DNA of 35,505 nucleotides, from NCBI GenBank assembly GCA_964491055.1, contig CAZBFD010000001.1:1-35505 (forward strand), written 5' to 3'. This stretch comes from an uncultured Eubacterium sp. (lineage in GTDB: Bacteria > Bacillota > Clostridia > Peptostreptococcales > Anaerovoracaceae). The position numbers and the translations under genes are program-made. This document shows, in pieces, positions 26,036-33,737 of the stretch. The first letter of the stretch is position 1. Every line of letters begins with the position of its first letter. The notes under the pieces were generated by a model. That model did no database searches, had not been told where the DNA came from, and was given only the letters and a program-made list of their open reading frames with translations.

Positions 26036-27337
26036 TTACAGAATACTGAATATATCCTTCATACAATCTTCTCCTCGTTCTTCGTCGGTGAGAAGGCTGT
26101 CACATGTAACCGCTGCGTCGTCCCTGATCTTATCAAGCCCGGACAGATCTATCGTGATCTTCGGGCGCGCGGCCTCGGCAGCTTCCTTCTGCATTTCCTG
26201 AATAGCAGCATCTACAAGTATCTCTGCCTGCTCCTCTCCATGCTTCTGCCTTAAGTAGTGGCCAGTCTTGAGCTGCCGCCGGAGCTTAAGGTCTGTCATA
26301 TGCATTATGGAAAGAAAGGCGTTCTGGTCAGCAGAAAGCCTGTCGTAACACGTTTCCTGCCACAAGCCGCCGCGGCATGTATACTTTCTGCATTCATCGA
26401 TGTCGTAATCCAGGCTTTCGATGTTTCTCGTCTCCAGATAGACTGCGCCTGCAAGGGGATGCCACGGTGAGGTTTTGACCGCGCCAAAGCAGGAGGTGAA
26501 GACGTCAGCCGGCAGATGGCGCCAGACTTCAGCAAAGAGCCGTACACCGTGCTCACGGTCTTTTAAGATGACCGGCGAAGTCTTGAACTTTGGAGATGAG
26601 AATCTTGAGAGCGCCATGAAGATTTCTTCATCGGTATGACCCGCCGGATCCCGGAGCACTGCGAGAGCACGGGCTCTTTCCTCTGCACCGGGATCGGAGT
26701 ACTTCATGACGGCTTCGTTCGGGAGGCTGTGTGTCACAGCGAACTCTCTGATCCATCTCCGGAGATTCTTCCTGATCACGGGGTCGCCCATACCGGTATC
26801 GACGTATCCGCTGTAGAATTTCTCGAGCTTTTCAAAGCTTTCTTCCGGGGATCCCGTCCCGATACCGTTGAGAAGCTCATATACATAAATGTAGACAAAA
26901 GCTTCGCAGGTCCTGCTGAAGCGGCCTTTCCTTATCTGCGTCCGCCATGTGAAATAGCCGCGGAGCTGCCGGATGTTAAGGTCGTGGTAGACAGGGAAGA
27001 AGCTCCTGAGGTCGCCGTACCACGGCGCGCTGTCCTCGTAGTCCTTCATGAACATTCCCTGCCGGACGAAGTTCAGGCACTTCTGCCGGAAAGACCCGTC
27101 CCCATACTCATACAGAGCCAGCATCCCCTGTATCTTTTCCGGCACACCGGAATATGCACTGCCTGTCTGCAGGCCGAGCATGCTCCCCTGGTCAGGCTGT
27201 GTGACAGCCGGGCTGTTTTCCCTGGCGGAAGTGAACTTTTCGTAGTATTCCTTCCCCGTCATGATGTACGGAGAATCCAGGACGAAGGTATATCCACGCT
27301 TTTCATTTGTGCAGTTGTCAGTAAGAACTGTTTCCAT
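26036..27337 (-). CDS. TerB N-terminal domain protein (Shango SngA-like), C-terminus apparently short
   Basis: SFFPVYHDL..RQLRGYFTWRTQIR and YIYVYELLNGIG (TerB-N signature); ends soon after IDLSGLDKIRDDA..T.DSL, which resembles the start of TerB-C. Confidence 0.8.
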   Translation of the reverse strand: METVLTDNCTNEKRGYTFVLDSPYIMTGKEYYEKFTSARENSPAVTQPDQGSMLGLQTGSAYSGVPEKIQGMLALYEYGDGSFRQKCLNFVRQGMFMKDYEDSAPWYGDLRSFFPVYHDLNIRQLRGYFTWRTQIRKGRFSRTCEAFVYIYVYELLNGIGTGSPEESFEKLEKFYSGYVDTGMGDPVIRKNLRRWIREFAVTHSLPNEAVMKYSDPGAEERARALAVLRDPAGHTDEEIFMALSRFSSPKFKTSPVILKDREHGVRLFAEVWRHLPADVFTSCFGAVKTSPWHPLAGAVYLETRNIESLDYDIDECRKYTCRGGLWQETCYDRLSADQNAFLSIMHMTDLKLRRQLKTGHYLRQKHGEEQAEILVDAAIQEMQKEAAEAARPKITIDLSGLDKIRDDAAVTCDSLLTDEERGEDCMKDIFSIL

Positions 27338-27344
27338 GCAAACT

Positions 27345-27353
27345 ATTATAGCA
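27345..27353 (-). promoter_or_regulatory. Extended -10 promoter of the Shango-like operon
   Basis: Minus strand TGCTATAAT ending 7 nt before ATG 27337; no Shine-Dalgarno sequence in between. Confidence 0.55.
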
Positions 27354-27430
27354 CAAAGGCGAACGGATGTTTACATAAAATGAACAATTGTTTGCGATTT
27401 TTTCACACCGGAGTCCTAACTGAGGCGCCC

Positions 27431-27455
27431 TGTGGGGAACCGTCCCAAAAACACA
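27431..27455. repeat. REP-like palindrome, family B degenerate copy
   Basis: TGTG-GGGAACCGTCCC-aaaaa-CACA; its reverse complement contains GGGACGGTTC as at 2247-2256. Confidence 0.45.
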
Positions 27456-27477
27456 CTTTTAAAAATGGGGGGGAGTA

Positions 27478-27506
27478 TTAACAAACCTGATTTTCTGTAG
27501 TATTAT
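27478..27506 (+). promoter_or_regulatory. Putative sigma-A promoter for the EAL gene
   Basis: TTAACA-17 nt-TATTAT; RBS AGAGGA downstream. Confidence 0.5.
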
Positions 27507-27527
27507 GTGCTTTAAAGAGGATCTATA

Positions 27528-29426
27528 ATGGGTAAGTATATTGATTTCAGCAATTATACACCTGCAGCAGATATCGTCGTAACGGCGGTCTGTCTTGTTA
27601 TGATCGTCCTGGTCTCTTTTTCGTATATAAAGAGAAACAGGAACTCGCAGCTGTTCCTGAAGATAGTTATCCTGCTGCTCATCGCGGCGTGGGTCGATAT
27701 TACGTTTTACATGATCGCGCCGACGGAGGGGCTCCAGCTGGCAGCGAACTGGCTGCGATGTATCTACCATGGCTTATTATGCCTAATTTTCACTTATTAT
27801 GTCGCGTATATCTGCGAAGTCACCAAATATGAGAAGAGTAAGATCTATATCACTATCGCGAACGTTATCTTAATCACAGTGCTTATCGCGGATATCATAA
27901 CCACTGCCCAGGGGATCACTTTTCATATCACCGAAGACGGGATCAGCTTCGTAAGGCGCGGCATATTTATCTATGGCTATCTGGCATATAACGTCCTGAG
28001 TATCGTATTGCTTATAAGAGTAAGGAAACTTGTTTTCCACCGCATCATGTTCGGATTCTACGGCACGCTGGTGATCTCGTTCCTGCTCCTTATCATGCAG
28101 GGAATAAGCAGCCAGTCGTCGTTTACAGTCACGGCTTTGATGCTTCCGGCGATCGCTACGCTGTATATCCTCCACTCAAACCCGTATGACGCAACGCTCG
28201 GCACGAACGATGAAAAGTCGATGCAGGACTATGTGCATCAGTGCTATGAGAAGAAGCGGACTTTCATATTCTCAAGCCTTTACCTCAAAGAGTGTGAAGA
28301 AGAAGGAAAGGATATTCCGCTGGAGCTCCAGAATCAGATCAGGGGGTACGTATACAAGCAGGTGAAGGGCGCCAGGCTGTTCAAGGTAAGCGGAGGCCAT
28401 CTGATCCTGTGCTTCGAGACGAAGCGGAATCCTGACTACGAGCAGATCCTCAAAGACATCCACGATAAATTCTTCCCGATATATAACAGGTACAGATTCG
28501 ATTACAGAATAGTAATGGGCGAATCTATAGATGAGATCAGCAAAAAGAATGAATATGTGAGCTTCATAAGAACTATCCAGAAGAAGATGCCGGGATGCTC
28601 CACATACAGGGTCGGCCCGGAGGATCTCGCCGAGTTCAAGAGAGATGAGTATATTCTTAAAGAGTTGATAGATATAAACCGCTGCGACAACCTGGACGAT
28701 TCACGGGTACTCGTCTACTGCCAGCCGGTCCTTAATGTAAAGACCGGAAGATATGATACAGGGGAAGCCCTGATGCGGCTCGAGCTTAAGGAGACGGGTA
28801 TCGTATATCCGGATGAGTTCATACATCTCGCGGAGGAGCAAGGTCATATCCATGTCCTGACAAAAATCATCCTGCATAAGACCTGCGAAGCGATCTGGCA
28901 GTTCATCCATGAAGGATATGATATCAAGCGGATATCAGTGAATGTCTCGATGTCCGAGGTGAAGGACGAAGGGTTCTGCCGCGACATTATCGATATAATC
29001 AATAATAGCGGCGTGCCAGGCGGTAAGATAGCGATCGAGATCACTGAATCCCAAAATGAAGGCGACTTCATGCTGATGAAGAGGAAGGTCGAGGAGCTTA
29101 GAGAACAGGGCATCAAGCTCTATCTGGACGACTTCGGGACAGGTTATTCCAGTATGGAGAGGATCATGGAGCTTCCGTTCGATATCATCAAGTTCGACAG
29201 ATCGCTCGTGCTTGAATCCGAAGCCGCAGAGAGGCCGAGGATGATGGTGGAGAACCTCGCGAATATGTTTACCCGGATGGGCTATGACGTGCTGTATGAA
29301 GGCGTGGAGACTGACTCTGACGAGACGATGTGCAAAGATATGGCAGCTACATATCTTCAGGGATTCAGGTACTCCAAGCCGAGGCCGATCATGGAGATAA
29401 AAGAGTTCCTCAGCAAGAAAGAATAA
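27528..29426 (+). CDS. Multi-TM EAL-domain c-di-GMP phosphodiesterase with degenerate GGDEF-like region
   Basis: About 7 TM segments; GGDEF position reads SGGHL; GEALMRL, IEITES, LDDFGTGYSS, IKFD, EGVET, QGF. Confidence 0.9.
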   Translation: MGKYIDFSNYTPAADIVVTAVCLVMIVLVSFSYIKRNRNSQLFLKIVILLLIAAWVDITFYMIAPTEGLQLAANWLRCIYHGLLCLIFTYYVAYICEVTKYEKSKIYITIANVILITVLIADIITTAQGITFHITEDGISFVRRGIFIYGYLAYNVLSIVLLIRVRKLVFHRIMFGFYGTLVISFLLLIMQGISSQSSFTVTALMLPAIATLYILHSNPYDATLGTNDEKSMQDYVHQCYEKKRTFIFSSLYLKECEEEGKDIPLELQNQIRGYVYKQVKGARLFKVSGGHLILCFETKRNPDYEQILKDIHDKFFPIYNRYRFDYRIVMGESIDEISKKNEYVSFIRTIQKKMPGCSTYRVGPEDLAEFKRDEYILKELIDINRCDNLDDSRVLVYCQPVLNVKTGRYDTGEALMRLELKETGIVYPDEFIHLAEEQGHIHVLTKIILHKTCEAIWQFIHEGYDIKRISVNVSMSEVKDEGFCRDIIDIINNSGVPGGKIAIEITESQNEGDFMLMKRKVEELREQGIKLYLDDFGTGYSSMERIMELPFDIIKFDRSLVLESEAAERPRMMVENLANMFTRMGYDVLYEGVETDSDETMCKDMAATYLQGFRYSKPRPIMEIKEFLSKKE

Positions 29427-29450
29427 CATTAGCTGAAGTATAATACGGGG

Positions 29451-29492
29451 CAGCTGCAAAGTGCCAGATGAGCACATTGCAGCTGTTTTTTT
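29451..29492 (+). terminator. Intrinsic terminator
   Basis: CAGCTGCAAAGTGC-cagatga-GCACATTGCAGCTG-TTTTTTT. Confidence 0.8.
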
Positions 29493-29501
29493 ATGCAGGG
29501 G

Positions 29502-29580
29502 TTGACAAGCGCAGGTGGTTAGTGTAGACTAACCATGGAATTATATTAGTTATATCTAACTGAAATTATAAATCACTAAC
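29502..29580 (+). promoter_or_regulatory. feo promoter with three tandem DtxR/MntR-type operators
   Basis: TTGACA-17-TAGACT (29502-29530); TTAG-N6-CTAAC at 29519 (within palindrome GGTTAGTGTAGACTAACC, overlapping the -10) and at 29546, plus TTAT-N6-CTAAC at 29566. Confidence 0.78.
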
Positions 29581-29612
29581 AAAGGCTTGCGGAGAATCAG
29601 AATGGAGGAACG

Positions 29613-29837
29613 ATGATGCCGATCTTGATGACAAATACAGGTGATAACGTAAAAGTGGCAAAGATCATCGGCGCGGACAGCGTGAAGCAGAGACTCGGCG
29701 AACTGGGTTTTGTTGCAGGGACGCCGGTAACGGTGATGCAGTCCCATGGCGGCGACATGATCGTTAAAGTAAGGGACTCCAAGCTTGCGATCACGCGCGA
29801 GATGGCAGCCAAGATCATGGTGGATATGGTACAGTAG
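29613..29837 (+). CDS. feoA: Ferrous iron transport protein A
   Basis: KQRLGELGFVAGTPVTV..IVKVRDSKLAITREMAAKIMV; RBS GGAGG. Confidence 0.92.
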   Translation: MMPILMTNTGDNVKVAKIIGADSVKQRLGELGFVAGTPVTVMQSHGGDMIVKVRDSKLAITREMAAKIMVDMVQ

Positions 29838-29866
29838 AGATTTCGATAATGGATCTGGAGGAGAAC

Positions 29867-30088
29867 ATGAGGACACTTAAAGATGTACAGGTCGGGCAGA
29901 CGGTAACGGTCGTGAAGCTCCACGGCGAAGGGCCGGTCAAGCGCCGGATAATGGATATGGGCATAACCAGGGGAGTTGAGGTATTTGTGCGGAAAGTCGC
30001 ACCGCTCGGCGACCCGATGGAGCTCAACGTAAGGAATTATGAGCTTTCGGTCAGGAAGGCCGATGCTGAGATGATAGAGGTAGAGTAG
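29867..30088 (+). CDS. feoA: Ferrous iron transport protein A (second copy)
   Basis: RRIMDMGITRG, APLGDP, ELSVRKADA; ATG 29867 follows GGAGGAG. Confidence 0.94.
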   Translation: MRTLKDVQVGQTVTVVKLHGEGPVKRRIMDMGITRGVEVFVRKVAPLGDPMELNVRNYELSVRKADAEMIEVE

Positions 30089-30181
30089 CGGCCGGAGCAA
30101 GTCGCGCGGTGGACAGTGCGGCGAGCATGCTCGCGGAAATGCGAGTATGGAGAAATATCCGGCATCAGGAAGGAGTAAGTT

Positions 30182-32512
30182 ATGGCAGTTAAAATAGCGC
30201 TTGCAGGGAACCCGAACAGCGGAAAGACCACCTTGTTCAACGCGCTCACAGGAGCAAACCAGTACGTCGGAAACTGGCCCGGCGTTACAGTCGAGAAGAA
30301 AGAGGGAAAGATCAAGGGCCACGGCGACGTGATCCTGCAGGACCTTCCGGGGATCTACTCGCTTTCCCCTTATACGCTTGAAGAGGTCGTGGCCAGGAAT
30401 TACCTGGTGAAAGAAAAGCCGGACGCGATCCTGAATATTGTGGACGGGACGAACCTCGAGAGGAACCTTTACCTTACGACACAGCTGATCGAGCTCGGCA
30501 TCCCGGTCGTGCTCGCTGTCAATATGATGGACCTCGTCACGAAGAACGGCGATTCCATCGATACGGCAAAGATCGGGAAGGCTCTGGGGTGTGAAGCGGT
30601 CGAGATAAGCGCTCTTAAGGGCAAAGGTATTGATGAGGCTGCGGCTGCAGCGATCAAAGCCGCGAATTCAGGGGAAGGCAATGCCGAGAAAGTGAAATTT
30701 GAAGGTGTGGTGGAAGAAGCCATCATGAAGATCGAGGATGTGATCAGAGGACGCGTGGACGACAGCCTGCTCAGGTGGTATGCGGTAAAGCTTTTTGAGC
30801 GTGATGAAAAAGTTGCGGAGCAGCTTAAAGAAGCTGCAAAGAAGAGCGGTAAGGATTTTGACCGGGTCTCGGCTGAAGCAGAGCAGATCGAGGCGATCAT
30901 CACCGCCTGCGAGAAAAAGCTTGACGACGACTCGGAGAGCATCATAACGAATGAAAGATATAACGCGATCGCAAGGATCACAACCGGCGCGGTAAAAAAA
31001 GCTAAGACAAAAGACAACCTGACGATCTCGGACAAGATCGACAGGATAGTGACAAACAGGATCCTCGGACTTCCGATATTTGCTGTGATAATGTTCCTCG
31101 TATATGCCATCGCGATGGGCGGATGGTCTATCTCGATCGGAACAATGGCAACAGACTTTACAAATGATGTGATCTTCGGAGAATGGGTCCCGGCTGTTTT
31201 TGACAGCATACTCAAGACTTTCGGGGTCGCTGAGGGCTCATGGCTGTACGGCCTGGTGCAGGATGGGATCGTCGCAGGAGTCGGAGCCGTGCTCGGATTC
31301 GTTCCGCAGATGCTCGTGCTCTTCTTCCTGCTGGCGATACTTGAAGACATCGGGTATATGAGCAGGGTCGCGTTCGTAATGGATCGTATCTTCAGACAGT
31401 TCGGGCTTTCCGGGAAGAGCTTCATACCGTGCCTCGTAGCAACAGGCTGCGGTATTCCGGGAGTCATGGCGTCAAGAACTATTGAGCAGGACAGAGACCG
31501 TAAGCTCACAGTAATGACTACAACGTTCATGCCGTGCGGGGCAAAGCTCCCGATAATCGGACTTATCGCAGGCGCCGTATTCGGAGGGTCACCTCTTATC
31601 GCGGCATCGGCGTACTTCATCGGGATCGGCTCAATAATCCTTTCGGGTATAATCCTGAAGAAGTTCAAGGCATTTGCCGGCGAGCCGGCGCCGTTCGTAA
31701 TGGAGCTTCCTGCATACCACATCCCGTCGATGGGGAATGTGCTAAGGGCTACATGGGAGCGCGGCTGGTCGTTCATAAAGAGAGCAGGCTCAGTCATCGT
31801 GATCTCGTCGATCATCATCTGGTTCCTTCAGGGATTCGGAACAGTGAACGGGCAATTCGGAATGGTAGAGAATCTGTTCGAGGATGAAAACATAGCGACT
31901 GAAGAATACATAACGGAGCTTGCCGAAAAGAGAGATATCCCTGTGGAGGATGTAAACCCGAACGATGCTTCGATCCTTGCAGACATCGGCAGTGTGGTAA
32001 CACCGGTGTTCAGGCCGATAGGGTTCACTACTTGGAAGCAGACAGTTGCGACGATAACAGGTCTTGTGGCTAAGGAAGAAGTAGTAGGCACATTCGGCGT
32101 GCTGTACAACTACGATGACAGTAAAGAGGAGCTGGGAGAAAACGGAGAGCAGATCTGGCCGCGTGTGCTCGCAGACTTCGCTAACTCAGGTGCTGCGGGA
32201 GCGGCTGCGATGGCGTTCTTGATCTTCAATCTGCTCTGCGCACCATGCTTCGCCGCTATCGGCGCGATAAAGCGTGAGATGAATAACGCCAAATGGACGT
32301 GGGCAGCGATCGGCTGGATGACAGGCTGGGCATATGTCATGGCGTTCATCATATTCAACCTTGGGAAAGCGTTCACCGGCGGCGGATTCGGCATAGGTGC
32401 AGTAATAGCAGTCATAGCGCTCGCCGGGCTTATCTACCTGCTCGTCCGCCCGGGCTACAAGCCGGACAACAGCGTAAAGACCTTGACATCAGTAGAAGCA
32501 GCGGCAGAATAA
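30182..32512 (+). CDS. feoB: Ferrous iron transport protein B
   Basis: GNPNSGKT, VGNWPGVTVE, DLPGIYSL, NMMD; membrane domain with GCGIPG, MPCGAKLP, FVMELP, APCFA. Confidence 0.97.
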   Translation: MAVKIALAGNPNSGKTTLFNALTGANQYVGNWPGVTVEKKEGKIKGHGDVILQDLPGIYSLSPYTLEEVVARNYLVKEKPDAILNIVDGTNLERNLYLTTQLIELGIPVVLAVNMMDLVTKNGDSIDTAKIGKALGCEAVEISALKGKGIDEAAAAAIKAANSGEGNAEKVKFEGVVEEAIMKIEDVIRGRVDDSLLRWYAVKLFERDEKVAEQLKEAAKKSGKDFDRVSAEAEQIEAIITACEKKLDDDSESIITNERYNAIARITTGAVKKAKTKDNLTISDKIDRIVTNRILGLPIFAVIMFLVYAIAMGGWSISIGTMATDFTNDVIFGEWVPAVFDSILKTFGVAEGSWLYGLVQDGIVAGVGAVLGFVPQMLVLFFLLAILEDIGYMSRVAFVMDRIFRQFGLSGKSFIPCLVATGCGIPGVMASRTIEQDRDRKLTVMTTTFMPCGAKLPIIGLIAGAVFGGSPLIAASAYFIGIGSIILSGIILKKFKAFAGEPAPFVMELPAYHIPSMGNVLRATWERGWSFIKRAGSVIVISSIIIWFLQGFGTVNGQFGMVENLFEDENIATEEYITELAEKRDIPVEDVNPNDASILADIGSVVTPVFRPIGFTTWKQTVATITGLVAKEEVVGTFGVLYNYDDSKEELGENGEQIWPRVLADFANSGAAGAAAMAFLIFNLLCAPCFAAIGAIKREMNNAKWTWAAIGWMTGWAYVMAFIIFNLGKAFTGGGFGIGAVIAVIALAGLIYLLVRPGYKPDNSVKTLTSVEAAAE

Positions 32513-32519
32513 AAAGTAT

Positions 32520-32548
32520 CTCCTAAAAAGGACAGATCCTTTCAGGAG
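32520..32548. repeat. REP-like palindrome, family A copy 5 (degenerate)
   Basis: CTCCTAAAAAGG-ACAGAT-CCTTTCAGGAG, 29 nt. Confidence 0.65.
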
Positions 32549-32621
32549 CGTTATGCGGAAATATAAAACACTGCTGTAAACAGTGACAAATGATATATAA
32601 TAGAAAGGAGATGACAGCGGT

Positions 32622-32858
32622 ATGGATCCAATTATCGGACAGGGAATAATTATCGCGGTACTTGCAGCGATCGTGTTTGCCTGCGGGCGCAGTATGATCC
32701 GCGAGATACTTGCAGAGCTCCGGGGCGAGAGGTCGTGCGCCGGATGCAGCGGCTGTCAGAGCGGGAAGAGCTGTGAAGAGTGCCGCATGTGTGCGCGGCT
32801 CGAAGAGCTGAAGAAACAGAAGAATAAAGGTCAGATGCACGCGGAGAGCCAAGCCTGA
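32622..32858 (+). CDS. FeoB-associated Cys-rich membrane protein
   Basis: One N-terminal TM helix then CAGCSGC...CEECRMC; RBS AAAGGAG; follows feoB. Confidence 0.75.
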   Translation: MDPIIGQGIIIAVLAAIVFACGRSMIREILAELRGERSCAGCSGCQSGKSCEECRMCARLEELKKQKNKGQMHAESQA

Positions 32859-32906
32859 AAAAAGCGACTTTCCGCTGCCTGGAAAAGAACTGAAAGGAGC
32901 GGAAAG

Positions 32907-33146
32907 ATGTTCGGATTTTCAGAAGGCAAGGTCAAAACAGTCTTAACGATAACCGACCTGCATTGCAGTATGTGTGAGGCAACTGTAAATGAGGCGATCA
33001 GAAACAAGTTTGATGTTAAGAAAGTAAAATCATCCGCAAAGAAAAAGGAGACAGTCATCTGGAGCGACGAGCCGCTTCCGGAAGACGAGCTCCGCGCGGT
33101 CATAGCAGAGACAGGCTATACACTGACAGACATAGCAACAGAGTAA
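32907..33146 (+). CDS. Heavy-metal-associated (HMA) domain protein
   Basis: DLHCSMCE (CxxC) and terminal IAETGY; RBS AAAGGAG. Confidence 0.85.
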   Translation: MFGFSEGKVKTVLTITDLHCSMCEATVNEAIRNKFDVKKVKSSAKKKETVIWSDEPLPEDELRAVIAETGYTLTDIATE

Positions 33147-33183
33147 AGCCTCCAATATACAAAAAACAATGATATATCTACAG

Positions 33184-33215
33184 AAAAAGCAGTCGATCAC
33201 CAGACTGCTTTTTTT
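33184..33215 (+). terminator. Intrinsic terminator closing the feo cluster
   Basis: AAAAAGCAGTC-gatcacca-GACTGCTTTTTTT. Confidence 0.82.
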
Positions 33216-33227
33216 GTGATATCCCCA

Positions 33228-33256
33228 TTGTCACAACCGATGGAATGCATTATAAT
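33228..33256 (+). promoter_or_regulatory. Sigma-A promoter of the DtxR-family regulator
   Basis: TTGTCA-17 nt-TATAAT. Confidence 0.75.
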
Positions 33257-33289
33257 ATATGAAATATCTGTACCGGGAGGGTTTTGATA

Positions 33290-33652
33290 ATGAATCATAA
33301 TGAAAGCATCGAGGATTATCTGGAAACGATCCTTATTATAAGTGAGGAAAAGCCGGTCGTTCGGAGCGTTGATATAGCTAACGAGATGGGATTCAGTAAG
33401 CCGAGCATCAGTATCGCTGTCAGGAATATGAAAGAGAAGGGCTATATCGAAGTGTCTGACGAAGGCTACATCACACTTACGGAGAGTGGGAAGGCTCTTG
33501 CTGAGAGAGTCTATGAGCGGCACAAGTTCTTCAGGAAGTGGCTGATCGGCCTTGGCGTGGACGAGGAAACGGCGAATGACGATGCCTGTAAGATAGAGCA
33601 TGTCATAACCGAGGAGACTTTTGAAGCGATAAAGAGATCGGTCGATAAATAG
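33290..33652 (+). CDS. Metal-dependent transcriptional regulator, DtxR/MntR family (short form)
   Basis: ESIEDYLETI, VRSVDIANEMGFSKPS, VYERH, DACKIEH; ATG 33290 follows GGAGG. Confidence 0.93.
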   Translation: MNHNESIEDYLETILIISEEKPVVRSVDIANEMGFSKPSISIAVRNMKEKGYIEVSDEGYITLTESGKALAERVYERHKFFRKWLIGLGVDEETANDDACKIEHVITEETFEAIKRSVDK

Positions 33653-33678
33653 AAGAAAGCAGCAGTAATGAATGATAA

Positions 33679-33711
33679 AGCGCCAGGCCATAATGGCCCG
33701 GCGCTGTTTTT
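33679..33711. terminator. Terminator between convergent genes
   Basis: AGCGCCAGGCCA-taa-TGGCCCGGCGCT-GTTTTT. Confidence 0.7.
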
Positions 33712-33737
33712 GTGGCTGTTAGAATATAAACTGGCTA

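Noticed and set aside
26036-27337. Tellurite-resistance operon
   Set aside because: No other ter genes are present; TerB-N here is part of the ATPase/helicase triad.
27467-27473. G7 tract as a phase-variation switch for the EAL promoter
   Set aside because: Short, and upstream of the -35 rather than in the spacer; no support without read-level variation.
30469-31818. 449-aa minus-strand ORF, and similar long ORFs at 13711-14532, 19800-20618 and 26636-27481
   Set aside because: Antisense shadows of well-supported genes, with no recognisable motifs or RBS; expected from codon bias in GC-rich third positions.
3214-32548. Family A repeats as a CRISPR array
   Set aside because: Copies are dispersed, the only tandem pair is 6 nt apart, and there are no spacers or cas genes.
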